64,000 bases of DNA, from positions 376,402,001 through 376,466,000 of the forward strand of contig OZ024742.1 of assembly GCA_964016885.1 (NCBI GenBank), written 5' to 3'. A model generated the notes under the pieces. The model ran no database searches, was not told where the DNA came from, and saw only the letters and a list, made by a program, of their open reading frames with translations. The translations under genes were made by a program, and so were the position numbers. The stretch is from Eledone cirrhosa (Eukaryota). This document shows positions 15,546-32,200 of this stretch, one piece after another. How positions within the stretch are numbered: position 1 is the stretch's first letter; each line of letters opens with the position of its first letter.

Positions 15546-18500
15546 AGTGAAAATACAATAGTATAGAGCAATGTAAATGTTATGTGTAATATTATGTGAG
15601 ATAAAGCCTTTTCAGTGAAAATACAATAGTATAGAGTAATGTAAATGTTATGTGAGATAAAGCCTTTACAGTGAAAATACAATAGTATAGAGTAATGTAA
15701 ATGTTATATGTAATATTATGTGAGATAAAGCACTTACAGTGAAAATACAATAGTATAGAGTAATGTAAATGTTATGTGTAATATTATGTGAGATAAAGCC
15801 TTTACAGTGAAAATACAATAGTATAGAGTAATGTAAATGTCATGTGAGATAAAGCCTTTACAGTGAAAATACAATAGTATAGAGTAATGTAAATGCTATG
15901 TGTAATATTATGTGAGATAAAGCCTTTACAGTGAAAATACAATAGTATAGAGTAATGTAAATATTATGTGAGATAAAGCCTTTACATTGAAAATACAATA
16001 GTATAGAGAAATGTAAATGTTAAGTGAGAGAAAGCATTTTCAGTGAAAATACAATAGTATAGAGTAATGTAAATGTTATGTGAGATAAAGCCTTTACAGT
16101 GAAAATACAATAGTATAGAGTAATGTAAATGTTATGTGAGATAAAGCCTTTACAGTGAAAATACAATAGTATAGAGTAATGTAAATGTTATGTGACATAA
16201 AGCCTTTACAGTGAAAATACAATAGTATAGAGTAATGTAAATGTTATGTGAGATGAAGCCTTTACAGTGAAAATACAATAGTATAGAGTAGTGTAAATGT
16301 TATGTGAGATAAAGCCTTTACAGTGAAAGTACAATAGTATAGAGTAATGTAAATGTTATGTGAGATAAAGCCTTTACAGTGAAAATACAATAGTATAGAG
16401 TAATGTAAATGTTATGTGAGATAAAGCCTTTACAGTGAAAATACAATAGTATAGAGTAATGTAAATGTTAAGTGTAATATTATGTGAGATAAAGCCTTTA
16501 CAGTGAAAATACAATAGTATAGAGTAATGTAAATGTTATGTGTAATATTTTGTGAGATAAAGCCTTTACAGTGAAAATACAATAGTATAGAGTAATGTAA
16601 ATGTTATGTGAGATAAAGCCTTTACAGTGAAAATACAATAGTATAGAGTAATGTAAATGTTATGTGAGATAAAGCCTTTACAGTGAAAATACAATAGTAT
16701 AGAGTAATGTAAATGCTATGTTAGATAAAGCCTTTACAGTGAAAATACAATAGTATAGAGTAATGTAAATGTTATGTGAAATAAAGCCTTTACAGTGAAA
16801 ATACAATAGTATAGAGTAATGTAAATGTTATGTGAGATAAAGCCTTTACAGTGAAAATACAATAGTATAGAGTAATGTAAATGTTATGTGAGATAAAGCC
16901 TTTACAGTGAAAATACAATAGTATAGAGTAATGTAAATGTTAAGTGAGGTAAAGCCTTTACAGTGAAAATACAATAGTATAGAGTAATGTAAATCTTATG
17001 TGAGATAAAGCCTTTACAGTGAAAATACAGTAGTATAGAGTAATGTAAATGTTATGTGAGATAAAGCCTTTACAGTGAAAATACAGTAGTATAGAGTAAT
17101 GTAAATGTTATGTGAGATAAAGCCTTTACAGTGAAAATACAATAGTATAGAGTAATGTAAATGCTATGTGAGATAAAGCCTTTACAGTGAAAATACAATA
17201 GTATAGAGTAATGTAAATGTTATGTGAGATAAAGCCTTTACAGTGAAAATACAATAGTATAGAGTAATGTAAATGCTATGTGAGATAAAGCCTTTACAGT
17301 GAAAATACAATAGTATAGAGTAATGTAAATGTTATGTGAGATAAAGCCTTTACGGTGAAAATACCATAGTATAGAGTAATGTAAATGTTATGTGAGATAA
17401 ATCCTTTACAGTGAAAATACAATAGTATAGAGTAATGTAAATGTTATGTGAGATAAAGCCTTTACAGTGAAAATACAATAGTATAGAGTAATGTAAATGT
17501 TATGTGAGATGAAGCCTTTACAGTGAAAATACAATAGTATAGAGTAGTGTAAATGTTATGTGAGATAAAGCCTTTACAGTGAAAGTACAATAGTATAGAG
17601 TAATGTAAATGTTATGTGAGATAAAGCCTTTACAGTGAAAATACAATAGTATAGAGTAATGTAAATGTTATGTGAGATAAAGCCTTTACAGTGAAAATAC
17701 AATAGTATAGAGTAATGTAAATGTTATGTGAGATAAAGCCTTTACAATGAAAATACAATAGTATAGAGTAATGTAAACGTTATGTCAGATAAAGCCTTTA
17801 CAGTGAAAATACAATAGTATAGAGTAATGTAAATGCTATGTGAGATAAAGCCTTTACAGTGAAAATACAATAGTATAGAGTAATGTAAATGTTATGTGAG
17901 ATAAAGCCTTTACAGTGAAAATACAATAGTATAGAGTAATGTAAATGTTATGTGAGATAAAGCCTTTACAGTGAAAATACAATAGTATAGAGTAATGTAA
18001 ATGCTATGTGAGATAAAGCCTTTACAGTGAAAATACAATAGTATAGAGTAATGTAAATGTTATGTGAGATAAAGCCTTTACAGTGAAAATACAATAGTAT
18101 AGAGTAATGTAAATGCTATGTGAGATAAAGCCTTTACAGTGAAAATACAATAGTATAGAGTAATGTAAATGTTATGTGAGATAAAGCCTTTACAGTGAAA
18201 ATACAATAGTATAGAGTAATGTAAATGTTATGTGAGATAAATCCTTTACAGTGAAAATACAATAGTATAGAGTAATGTAAATGCTATGTGAGGTAAAGCC
18301 TTTACAGTGAAAATACAATAGTATAGAGTAATGTAAATGCTATGTGAGATAAAGCCTTTACAGTGAAAATACAATAGTATAGAGTAATGTAAATGTTATG
18401 TGAGATGAAGCCTTTACAGTGAAAATACAATAGTATAGAGCAATGTAAATGTTATGTGTAATATTATGTGAGATAAAGCCTTTTCAGTGAAAATACAATA

Positions 18501-21500
18501 GTATAGAGTAATGTAAATGTTATGTGAGATAAAGCCTTTACAGTGAAAATACAATAGTATAGAGTAATGTAAATGTTATATGTAATATTATGTGAGATAA
18601 AGCACTTACAGTGAAAATACAATAGTATAGAGTAATGTAAATGTTATGTGTAATATTATGTGAGATAAAGCCTTTACAGTGAAAATACAATAGTATAGAG
18701 TAATGTAAATGTCATGTGAGATAAAGCCTTTACAGTGAAAATACAATAGTATAGAGTAATGTAAATGCTATGTGTAATATTATGTGAGATAAAGCCTTTA
18801 CAGTGAAAATACAATAGTATAGAGTAATGTAAATATTATGTGAGATAAAGCCTTTACATTGAAAATACAATAGTATAGAGAAATGTAAATGTTAAGTGAG
18901 AGAAAGCATTTTCAGTGAAAATACAATAGTATAGAGTAATGTAAATGTTATGTGAGATAAAGCCTTTACAGTGAAAATACAACAGTATAGAGTAATGTAA
19001 ATGTTATGTGAGATAAAGCCTTTACAGTGAAAATACAATAGTATAGAGTAATGTAAATGTTATGTGACATAAAGCCTTTACAGTGAAAATACAATAGTAT
19101 AGAGTAATGTAAATGTTATGTGAGATGAAGCCTTTACAGTGAAAATACAATAGTATAGAGTAGTGTAAATGTTATGTGAGATAAAGCCTTTACAGTGAAA
19201 GTACAATAGTATAGAGTAATGTAAATGTTATGTGAGATAAAGCCTTTACAGTGAAAATACAATAGTATAGAGTAATGTAAATGTTGTGAGATAAAGCCTT
19301 TACAGTGAAAATACAATAGTATAGAGTAATGTAAATGTTAAGTGTAATATTATGTGAGATAAAGCCTTTACAGTGAAAATACAATAGTATAGAGTAATGT
19401 AAATGTTATGTGTAATATTTTGTGAGATAAAGCCTTTACAGTGAAAATACAATAGTATAGAGTAATGTAAATGTTATGTGAGATAAAGCCTTTACAGTGA
19501 AAATACAATAGTATAGAGTAATGTAAATGTTATGTGAGATAAAGCCTTTACAGTGAAAATACAATAGTATAGAGTAATGTAAATGCTATGTTAGATAAAG
19601 CCTTTACAGTGAAAATACAATAGTATAGAGTAATGTAAATGTTATGTGAAATAAAGCCTTTACAGTGAAAATACAATAGTATAGAGTAATGTAAATGTTA
19701 TGTGAGATAAAGCCTTTACAGTGAAAATACAATAGTATAGAGTAATGTAAATGTTATGTGAGATAAAGCCTTTACAGTGAAAATCAATAGTATAGAGTAA
19801 TGTAAATGTTATGTGAGATAAAGCTTTTACAGTGAAAATACAATAGTATAGAGTAATGTAAACGTTATGTCAGATAAAGCCTTTATAGTGAAAATACAAT
19901 AGTATAGAGTAATGTAAATGCTATGTGAGATAAAGCATTTGCAGTGAAAATACAATAGTATAGAGTAATGTAAATGCTATGTTAGATAAAGCCTTTACAG
20001 TGAAAATACAATAGTATAGAGTAATGTAAATGTTATGTGAAATAAAGCCTTTACAGTGAAAATACAATAGTATAGAGTAATGTAAATGTTATGTGAGATA
20101 AAGCCTTTACAGTGAAAATACAATAGTATAGAGTAATGTAAATGTTATGTGAGATAAAGCCTTTACAGTGAAAATACAATAGTATAGAGTAATGTAAATG
20201 TTAAGTGAGGTAAAGCCTTTACAGTGAAAATACAATAGTATAGAGTAATGTAAATCTTATGTGAGATAAAGCCTTTACAGTGAAAATACAGTAGTATAGA
20301 GTAATGTAAATGTTATGTGAGATAAAGCCTTTACAGTGAAAATACAGTAGTATAGAGTAATGTAAATGTTATGTGAGATAAAGCCTTTACAGTGAAAATA
20401 CAATAGTATAGAGTAATGTAAATGCTATGTGAGATAAAGCCTTTACAGTGAAAATACAATAGTATAGAGTAATGTAAATGTTATGTGAGATAAAGCCTTT
20501 ACAGTGAAAATACAATAGTATAGAGTAATGTAAATGCTATGTGAGATAAAGCCTTTACAGTGAAAATACAATAGTATAGAGTAATGTAAATGTTATGTGA
20601 GATAAAGCCTTTACGGTGAAAATACCATAGTATAGAGTAATGTAAATGTTATGTGAGATAAATCCTTTACAGTGAAAATACAATAGTATAGAGTAATGTA
20701 AATGTTATGTGAGATAAAGCCTTTACAGTGAAAATACAATAGTATAGAGTAATGTAAATGTTATGTGAGATGAAGCCTTTACAGTGAAAATACAATAGTA
20801 TAGAGTAGTGTAAATGTTATGTGAGATAAAGCCTTTACAGTGAAAGTACAATAGTATAGAGTAATGTAAATGTTATGTGAGATAAAGCCTTTACAGTGAA
20901 AATACAATAGTATAGAGTAATGTAAATGTTATGTGAGATAAAGCCTTTACAGTGAAAATACAATAGTATAGAGTAATGTAAATGTTATGTGAGATAAAGC
21001 CTTTACAATGAAAATACAATAGTATAGAGTAATGTAAACGTTATGTCAGATAAAGCCTTTACAGTGAAAATACAATAGTATAGAGTAATGTAAATGCTAT
21101 GTGAGATAAAGCCTTTACAGTGAAAATACAATAGTATAGAGTAATGTAAATGTTATGTGAGATAAAGCCTTTACAGTGAAAATACAATAGTATAGAGTAA
21201 TGTAAATGTTATGTGAGATAAAGCCTTTACAGTGAAAATACAATAGTATAGAGTAATGTAAATGCTATGTGAGATAAAGCCTTTACAGTGAAAATACAAT
21301 AGTATAGAGTAATGTAAATGTTATGTGAGATAAAGCCTTTACAGTGAAAATACAATAGTATAGAGTAATGTAAATGCTATGTGAGATAAAGCCTTTACAG
21401 TGAAAATACAATAGTATAGAGTAATGTAAATGTTATGTGAGATAAAGCCTTTACAGTGAAAATACAATAGTATAGAGTAATGTAAATGTTATGTGAGATA

Positions 21501-23300
21501 AATCCTTTACAGTGAAAATACAATAGTATAGAGTAATGTAAATGCTATGTGAGGTAAAGCCTTTACAGTGAAAATACAATAGTATAGAGTAATGTAAATG
21601 CTATGTGAGATAAAGCCTTTACAGTGAAAATACAATAGTATAGAGTAATGTAAATGTTATGTGAGATGAAGCCTTTACAGTGAAAATACAATAGTATAGA
21701 GCAATGTAAATGTTATGTGTAATATTATGTGAGATAAAGCCTTTTCAGTGAAAATACAATAGTATAGAGTAATGTAAATGTTATGTGAGATAAAGCCTTT
21801 ACAGTGAAAATACAATAGTATAGAGTAATGTAAATGTTATATGTAATATTATGTGAGATAAAGCACTTACAGTGAAAATACAATAGTATAGAGTAATGTA
21901 AATGTTATGTGTAATATTATGTGAGATAAAGCCTTTACAGTGAAAATACAATAGTATAGAGTAATGTAAATGTCATGTGAGATAAAGCCTTTACAGTGAA
22001 AATACAATAGTATAGAGTAATGTAAATGCTATGTGTAATATTATGTGAGATAAAGCCTTTACAGTGAAAATACAATAGTATAGAGTAATGTAAATATTAT
22101 GTGAGATAAAGCCTTTACATTGAAAATACAATAGTATAGAGAAATGTAAATGTTAAGTGAGAGAAAGCATTTTCAGTGAAAATACAATAGTATAGAGTAA
22201 TGTAAATATTATGTGAGATAAAGCCTTTACAGTGAAAATACAATAGTATAGAGTAATGTAAATGTTATGTGAGATAAAGCCTTTACAGTGAAAATACAAT
22301 AGTATAGAGTAATGTAAATGTTATGTGACATAAAGCCTTTACAGTGAAAATACAATAGTATAGAGTAATCTAAATGTTATGTGAGATGAAGCCTTTACAG
22401 TGAAAATACAATAGTATAGAGTAGTGTAAATGTTATGTGAGATAAAGCCTTTACAGTGAAAGTACAATAGTATAGAGTAATGTAAATGTTATGTGAGATA
22501 AAGCCTTTACAGTGAAAATACAATAGTATAGAGTAATGTAAATGTTGTGAGATAAAGCCTTTACAGTGAAAATACAATAGTATAGAGTAATGTAAATGTT
22601 AAGTGTAATATTATGTGAGATAAAGCCTTTACAATGAAAATACAATAGTATAGAGTAATGTAAATGTTATGTGTAATATTTTGTGAGATAAAGCCTTTAC
22701 AGTGAAAATACAATAGTATAGAGTAATGTAAATGTTATGTGAGATAAAGCCTTTACAGTGAAAATACAATAGTATAGAGTAATGTAAATGTTATGTGAGA
22801 TAAAGCCTTTACAGTGAAAATACAATAGTATAGAGTAATGTAAATGCTATGTTAGATAAAGCCTTTACAGTGAAAATACAATAGTATAGAGTAATGTAAA
22901 TGTTATGTGAAATAAAGCCTTTACAGTGAAAATACAATAGTATAGAGTAATGTAAATGTTATGTGAGATAAAGCCTTTACAGTGAAAATACAATAGTATA
23001 GAGTAATGTAAATGTTATGTGAGATAAAGCCTTTACAGTGAAAATACAATAGTATAGAGTAATGTAAATGTTAAGTGAGGTAAAGCCTTTACAGTGAAAA
23101 TACAATAGTATAGAGTAATGTAAATCTTATGTGAGATAAAGCCTTTACAGTGAAAATACAGTAGTATAGAGTAATGTAAATGTTATGTGAGATAAAGCCT
23201 TTACAGTGAAAATACAGTAGTATAGAGTAATGTAAATGTTATGTGAGATAAAGCCTTTACAGTGAAAATACAATAGTATAGAGTAATGTAAATGTTATGT
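15546..23300 (+). repeat. Second higher-order repeat domain in satellite A (2872-bp and 3261-bp periods)
   Basis: GAGCAATG marker monomers at 15546, 18418 and 21679. Private variants (GAGAAATG, GTGACATAAAG, AATATTTTGTG, AAATCTTATG) recur in the same order. The ORF track shows the same 3261 offset (19134 vs 22395). Confidence 0.85.
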
Positions 23301-26300
23301 GAGATAAAGCCTTTACAGTGATAATACAATAGTATAGAGTAATGTAAATGCTATGTGAGATAAAGCCTTTACAGTGAAAATACAATAGTATAGAGTAATG
23401 TATATGTTATGTGAGATAAAGCCTTTACAGTGAAAATACAATAGTATAGAGTAATGTAAATGTTATGTGAGATAAAGCCTTTACAGTTAAAATACAATAG
23501 TATAGAGTAAAGTAAATGCTACGTGAGATAAAGCCTTTACAGTGAAAATACAATAGTATAGAGTAATGTAAATGCTATGTGAGATAAAGCCTTTACAGTG
23601 AAAATACAATAGTATAGAGTAATGTAAATGTTATGTGAGATAAAGCCTTTACAGTGAAAATCAATAGTATAGAGTAATGTAAATGTTATGTGAGATAAAG
23701 CCTTTACAGTGAAAATACAATAGTATAGAGTAATGTAAACGTTATGTCAGATAAAGCCTTTATAGTGAAAATACAATAGTATAGAGTAATGTAAATGCTA
23801 TGTGAGATAAAGCATTTGCAGTGAAAATACAATAGTATAGAGTAATGTAAATGTTATGTGAGATAAAGCCTTTGCAGTGAAAATACGATAGTATAGAATA
23901 ATGTAAATGTTATGTGAGATAAAGCCTTTACAGTGAAAATACAATAGTATAGAGTAATGTAAATGCTATGTGAGATAAAGCCTTTACAGTAAAAATACAA
24001 TAGTATAGATTAATGTAAATGTTATGTGAGATAAAGCCTTTACAGTGAAAATACAATAGTATAGAGTAATGTAAATGATATGTGAGATAAAGCCTTTACA
24101 GTGAAAATACAATAGTATAGAGTAATGTAAATGCTATGTGAGATAAAGCCTTTACAGTGAAAATACAATAGTATAGAGTAATGTAAATGTTATGTGAGAT
24201 AAAGCCTTTACAGTGAAAATACAATAGTATAGAGTAATGTAAACGTTATGTCAGATAAAGCCTTTACAGTGAAAATACAATAGTATAAAGTAATGTAAAT
24301 GCTATGTGAGATAAAGCCTTTACAGTGAAAATACAATAGTATAGAGTAATGTAAATGTTATGTGAGATAAAGCCTTTACAGTGAAAATACAATAGTATTG
24401 AGTAATGTAAACGTTATGTCAGATAAAGCCTTTACAGTGAAAATACAATAGTATAGAGTAATGTAAATGCTATGTGAGCTAAAGCCTTTACAGTGAAAAT
24501 ACAATAGTATAGAGTAATGTAAATGTTATGTGAGATAAAGCCTTTACAGTGAAAATACAATAGTATAGAGTAATGTAAATGTTATGTGAGATAAAGCCTT
24601 TACAGTGAAAATACAATAGTATAGAGTAATGTAAATGCTATGTGAGATAAAGCCTTTACAGTGAAAATACAATAGTATAGAGTAATGTAAATGTTATGTG
24701 AGATAAAGCCTTTACAGTGAAAATACAATAGTATAGAGTAATGTAAATGTTATGTGAGATAAAGCCTTTACAGTGAAAATACAATAGTATCGAGTAATGT
24801 AAATGTTATGTGAGATAAAGCCTTTACAGTGAAAATACAATAGTATAGAGTAATGTAAATGCTATGTGAGATAAAGCCTTTACAGTGAAAATACAATAGT
24901 ATAGAGTAATGTAAATGTTATGTGAGATAAAGCGTTTACAGTGAAAATACAATAGTATTGAGTAATGTAAATGTTATGTGAGATAAAGCCTTTACAGTGA
25001 AAATACAATAGTCTAGAGTAATGTAAATGTTATGTGAGATAAAGCGTTTACAGTGAAAATACAATAGTATAGAGTAATGTAAATGTTATGTGAGATAAAG
25101 CCTTTACAGTGAAAATACAATAGTATAGAGTAATGTAAATGTTATGTGAGATAAAGCCTTTACAGTGAAAATAAAATAGTATAGAGTAATGTAAATGTTA
25201 TGTGAGATAAAGTCTTTACAGTGAAAATACAATAGTATAGAGTAATGTAAATGCTATGTGAGATAAAGCCTTTACAGTGAAAATACAATAGTATAGAGTA
25301 ATGTAAATGTTATGTGAGATAAAGCCTTTACAGTGAAAATACAATAGTATAGAGTAATGTAAATGCTATGTGAGATAAAGCCTTTACAGTGAAAATACAA
25401 TAGTATAGAGTAATGTAAATGTTATGTGAGATAAAGCCTTTACAGTGAAAATAGAATAGTATAGAGTAATGTAAATGTTATGTGAGATAAAGCCTTTACA
25501 GTGAAAATACAATAGTATAGAGTAATGTAAATGCTATGTGAGATAAAGCCTTTACAGTTAAAATACAATAGTATAGAGTAATGTAAATGCTATGTGAGAT
25601 AAAGCCTTTACAGTAAAAATACAATAGTATAGAGTAATGTAAATGTTATGTGAGATAAAGCCTTTACAGTGAAAATACAATAGTATAGAGTAATGTAAAT
25701 GTTATGTGAGATAAAGCCTTTACAGTGAAAATACAATAGTATAGAGTAATGTAAACGTTATGTCAGATAAAGCTTTTACAGTGAAAATACAATAGTATAG
25801 AGTAATGTAAATGCTATGTGAGATAAAGCCTTTACAGTGAAAATACAATAGTATAGAGTAATGTAAATGTTATGTGAGATAAAGCCTTTACAGTGAAAAT
25901 ACAATAGTATAGAGTAATGTAAATGCTATGTGAGATAAAGCCTTTACAGTGAAAATACAATAGTATAGAGTAATATAAATGTTATGTGAGATAAAGCCTT
26001 TACAGTGAAAATACAATAGTATAGAGTAATGTAAACGTTATGTCAGATAAAGCCTTTACAGTGAAAATACAATTGTATAGAGTAATGTAAATGCTATGTG
26101 AGATAAAGCCTTTACAGTGAAAATACAATAGTATAGAGTAATGTAAATGTTATGTGAGATAAAGCCTTTAGAGTGAAAATACAATAGTATAGAGTAATGT
26201 AAATGCTATGTGAGATAAAGCCTTTACAGTGAAAATACAATAGTATAGAGTAATGTAAATGCTATGTGAGATAAAGCCTTTACAGTGAAAATACAATAGT

Positions 26301-29279
26301 ATAGAGTAATGTAAATGCTATGTGAGATAAAGCCTTTACAGTGAAAATACAATAGTATAGAGTAATGTAAATGCTATGTGAGATAAAGCCTTTACAGTGA
26401 AAATACAATAGTATAGAGTAATGTAAATGTTATGTGAGATAAAGCCTTTACAGTGAAAATAGAATAGTATAGAGTAATGTAAATGTTATGTGAGATAAAG
26501 CCTTTACAGTGAAAATACAATAGTATAGAGTAATGTAAATGCTATGTGAGATAAAGCCTTTACAGTTAAAATACAATAGTATAGAGTAATGTAAATGCTA
26601 TGTGAGATAAAGCCTTTACAGTAAAAATACAATAGTATAGAGTAATGTAAATGTTATGTGAGATAAAGCCTTTACAGTGAAAATACAATAGTATAGAGTA
26701 ATGTAAATGTTATGTGAGATAAAGCCTTTACAGTGAAAATACAATAGTATAGAGTAATGTAAACGTTATGTCAGATAAAGCTTTTACAGTGAAAATACAA
26801 TAGTATAGAGTAATGTAAATGCTATGTGAGATAAAGCCTTTACAGTGAAAATACAATAGTATAGAGTAATGTAAATGTTATGTGAGATAAAGCCTTTACA
26901 GTGAAAATACAATAGTATAGAGTAATGTAAATGCTATGTGAGATAAAGCCTTTACAGTGAAAATACAATAGTATAGAGTAATATAAATGTTATGTGAGAT
27001 AAAGCCTTTACAGTGAAAATACAATAGTATAGAGTAATGTAAACGTTATGTCAGATAAAGCCTTTACAGTGAAAATACAATTGTATAGAGTAATGTAAAT
27101 GCTATGTGAGATAAAGCCTTTACAGTGAAAATACAATAGTATAGAGTAATGTAAATGTTATGTGAGATAAAGCCTTTAGAGTGAAAATACAATAGTATAG
27201 AGTAATGTAAATGCTATGTGAGATAAAGCCTTTACAGTGAAAATACAATAGTATAGAGTAATGTAAATGCTATGTGAGATAAAGTCTTTACAGTGAAAAT
27301 ACAATAGTATAGAGTAATGTAAATGCTATGTGAGATAAAGCCTTTACAGTGAAAATACAATAGTATAGAGTAATGTAAATGTTATGTGAGATAAAGCCTT
27401 TACAGTGAAAATACAATAGTATAGAGTAATGTAAATGTTATGTGAGATAAAGCCTTTACAGTGAAAATACAATAGTCTAGAGTAATGTAAATGCTATGTG
27501 AGATAAAGCGTTTACAGTGAAAATACAATAGTATAGAGTAATGTAAATGTTATGTGAGATAAAGCCTTTACAGTGAAAATACAATAGTATAGAGTAATGT
27601 AAATGTTATGTGAGATAAAGCCTTTACAGTGAAAATAAAATAGTATAGAGTAATGTAAATGTTTTGTGAGATAAAGCCTTTACAGTGAAAATACAATAGT
27701 ATAGAGTAATGTAAATGCTATGTGAGATAAAGCCTTTACAGTGAAAATACAATAGTATAGAGTAATGTAAATGTTATGTGAGAATAAGCCTTTACAGTGA
27801 AAATACAATAGTATAGAGTAATGTAAATGCTATGTGAGATAAAGCCTTTACAGTGAAAATACAATAGTATAGAGTAATGTAAATGTTATGTGAGATAAAG
27901 CCTTTACAGTGAAAATACAATAGTATAGAGTAATGTAAATGTTATGTGAGATAAAGCCTTTACAGTGAAAATACAATAGTATAGAGTAATGTAAATGCTA
28001 TGTGAGATAAAGCCTTTACAGTGAAAATACATTAGTATAGAGTAATGTAAATGCTATCTGAGATAAAGCCTTTACAGTGAAAATACAATAGTATAGAGTA
28101 ATGTAAATTTTATGTGAGATGAAGCCTTTACAGTGAAAATACAATAGTATAGAGTAATGTAAATGTTATGTGAGATAAAGCCTTTACAGTGAAAATACAC
28201 TAGTATAGAGTAATGTAAACGTTATGTCAGATAAAGCCTTTACAGTGAAAATACAATAGTATAGAGTAATGTAAATGTTATGTGAGATAAAGCCTTTACA
28301 GTGAAAATACAATAGTATAGAGTAATGTAAATGTTATGTGAGATAAAGCCTTTACAGTGAAAATACAATAGTATAGAGTAATGTAAATGTTATGTGAGAT
28401 AAAGCTTTTACAGTGAAAATACAATAGTATAGAGTAATGTAAATGCTATGTGAGATAAAGCCTTTACAGTGAAAATACAATAGTATAGAGTAATGTACAT
28501 GTTATGTGAGATAAAGCCTTTACAGTGAAAATACAATAGTATAGGGTAATGTAAATGTTATGTGAGATAAAGCTTTTACAGTGAAAATACAATACTATAG
28601 AGTAATGTAAATGCTATGTGAGATAAAGCCTTTACAGTGAAAATACAATAGTATAGAGTAATGTAAATGTTATGTGAGATAAAGCCTTTACAGTGAAAAT
28701 ACAATAGTATTGAGTAATGTAAATGTTATGTGAGATAAAGCCTTTACAGTGAAAATACAATAGTATAGAGTAATGTAAATGTTATGTGAGATAAAGCCTT
28801 TACAGTGAAAATACAATAGTATAGAGTAATGTAAATGTTATGTGAGATAAAGCCTTTACAGTGAAAATACAATAGTATAGAGTAATGTAAATGTTATGTG
28901 AGATAAAGCCTTTACAGTGAAAATACAATAGTATAGAGTAATGTAAATGTTATGTGAGATAAAGCCTTTACAGTGAAAATACAATAGTATAGAGTAATGT
29001 AAATGTTATGTGAGATAAAGCCTTTACAGTGAAAATACAATAGTATAGAGTAATGTAAATGCTATGTGAGATAAAGCCTTTACAGTGAAAATACAATAGT
29101 ATAGAGTAATGTAAATGTTATGTGAGATAAAGCCTTTACAGTGAAAATACAATAGTATAGAGTAATGTAAATGTTATGTGAGATAAAGCCTTTACAGTGA
29201 AAATACAATAGTATAGAGTAATGTAAATGCTATGTGAGATAAAGCCTTTACAGTGAAAATACAATAGTATAGAGTAATG

Positions 29280-32200
29280 TAAATGTTATGTGAGATAAAA
29301 CCTTTACAGTGAAAATACAATAGTATAGAGTAATGTAAATGTCATGTGAGATAAAGCCTTTACAGTGAAAATACAATAGTATAGAGTAATGTAAATGCTA
29401 TGTGAGATAAAGCCTTTACAGTGAAAATACAATAGTATAGAGTAATGTAAATGCTATCTGAGATAAAGCCTTTACAGTGAAAATACAATAGTATAGAGTA
29501 ATGTAAATGTTATGTGAGATGAAGCCTTTACAGTGAAAATACAATAGTATAGAGTAATGTAAATGTTATGTGAGATAAAGCCTTTACAGTGAAAATACGA
29601 TAGTATAGAGTAATGTAAACGTTATGTCAGATAAAGCCTTTACAGTGAAAATACAATAGTATAGAGTAATGTAAATGCTATGTGAGATAAAGCCTTTACA
29701 GTGAAAATACAATAGTATAGAGTAATGTAAATGTTATGTGAGATAAAGCCTTTACAGTGAAAATACAATAGTATAGAGTAATGTAAATGTTATGTGAGAT
29801 AAAGCCTTTACAGTGAAAATACAATGGTATAGAGTAATGTAAATGTTATGTGAGATAAAGCCTTGACAGTGAAAATGCAATAGTATAGAGTAATGTAAAT
29901 GTTATGTGAGATAAAGCCATTACAGTGAAAATACAATAGTATAGAATAATGTAAATGCTATGTGAGATAAAGCCTTTACAGTGAAAATACAATAGTATAG
30001 AGTAATGTAAATGTTATGTGAGATAAAGCCTTTACAGTGAAAATACAATAGTATAGAGTAATGTAAATGTTATGTGAGATAAAGCCTTTACAGTGAAAAT
30101 ACAATAGTCTAGAGTAATGTAAATGTTATGTGAGATAAAGCCTTTAAGGTGAAAATACAATAGTATAGAGTAATGTAAATGCTATGTGAGATAAAGCCTT
30201 TACAGTGAAAATACAATAGTATAGAGTAATGTAAATGTTATGTGAGATAAAACCTTTTCAGTGAAAATACAATAGTATAGAGTAATGTAAATGCTATGTG
30301 AGATAAAGCCTTTACAGTGAAAATAAAATAGTATAGAGTAATGTAAATGTTACGTGAGATAAAGCCTTTACAGTGAAAATACAATAGTATAGAGTAATGT
30401 AAATGTTATGTGAGATAAAGCCTTTACAGTGAAAATACAATAGTATAGAGTAATGTAAATGTTATGTGAGATAAAGCCTTTACAGTGAAAATACAATAGT
30501 ATAGAGTAATGTAAATGTTATGTGTAATATTATGTGAGATAAAGCCTTTTCAGTGAAAATACAACAGTATAGAGTAATGTAAATGTTATGTGAGATAAAA
30601 CCTTTACAGTGAAAATACAATAGTATAGAGTAATGTATATGTTGTGTAATATTATGTGAGATAAAGCCTTTACAGTGAAAATACAATAGTATAGATTAAT
30701 GTAAATGTCATGTGAGATAAAGCCTTTACAGTGAAAATACAATAATATAGAGTAATGTAAATGCTATGTGTAATATTATGTGAGATAAAGCCTTTACAGT
30801 GAAAATACAATAGTATAGAGTAATGTAAATGCTATGTGTAATATTATGTGAGATAAAGCCTTTACAGTGAAAATACAATCGTATAGAATAATGTAAATGT
30901 TATGTGAGATAAAGCCTTTACAGTGAAAATACAATAGTATAGAGTAATGTAAATGTTATGTCAGATAAAGCCTTTACAGTGAAAATACAATAGTATAGAG
31001 TAATGTAAATGTTATGTGAGATAAAGCCTTTACAGTGAAAATACAATAGTATAGAGTAATGTAAATGTTATGTGTAATATTATGTGAGATAAAGCCTTTT
31101 CAGTGAAAATACAATAGTATAGAGTAATGTAAATGTTATGTGTAATATTATGTGAGATAAAGCCTTTACAGTGAAAATACAATAGTATAGAGTAATGTAA
31201 ATGTTATATGTAATATTATGTGAGATAAAGCCTTTACAGTGAAAATACAATAGTATAGAGTAATGTAAATGTTATGTGTAATATTATGTGAGATAAAGCC
31301 TTTACAGTGAAAATACAATAGTATAGAGTAATTTAAACGTTATGTCAGATAAAGCCTTTACAGTGAAAATACAATAGTATAGAGTAATGTAAATGTTATG
31401 TGAGATAAAGCCTTTACAGTGAAAATACAATAGTATAGAGTAATGTAAATGTTATGTGAGATAAAGCCTTTACAGTGAAAATACAGTAGTATAGAGTAAT
31501 GTAAATGTTATGTGAGATAAAGCCTTTACAGTGAAAATACAGTAGTATAGAGTAATGTAAATGTTATGTGAGATAAAGCCTTTACAGTGAAAATACAATA
31601 GTATAGAGTAATGTAAATGCTATGTGAGATAAAGCCTTTACAGTGAAAATACAATAGTATAGAGTAATGTAAATGTTATGTGAGATAAAGCCTTTACAGT
31701 GAAAATACAATAGTATAGAGTAATGTAAATGTTTTGTGAGATAAAGCCTTTACAGTGAAAATACAATAGTATAGAGTAATGTAAATGCTACGTGAGATAA
31801 AGCCTTTACAGTGAAAGTACAATAGTATAGAGTAATGTAAATGTTATGTGAGATAAAGCCTTTGCAGTGAAAATACAATAGTATAGAGTAATGTAAATGT
31901 TACGTGAGATAAAGCCTTTACCGTGAAAATAGAATAGTATAGAGTAACGTAAATGTTATGTGAGATAAAGCCTTTACAGTGAAAATACAATAGTATAGAG
32001 TAATGTAAATGTTATGCGAGATAAAGCCTTTACAGTGAAAATACAGTAGTATAGAGTAATGTAAATGTAATGTGAGATAAAGCCTTTACAGTGAAAATAC
32101 AATAGTATAGAGTAATGTAAATGCTATGTTAGATAAAGCCTTTACAGTGAAAATACAATAGTATAGAGTAATGTAAATGTTATGTGAGATAAAGCCTTTA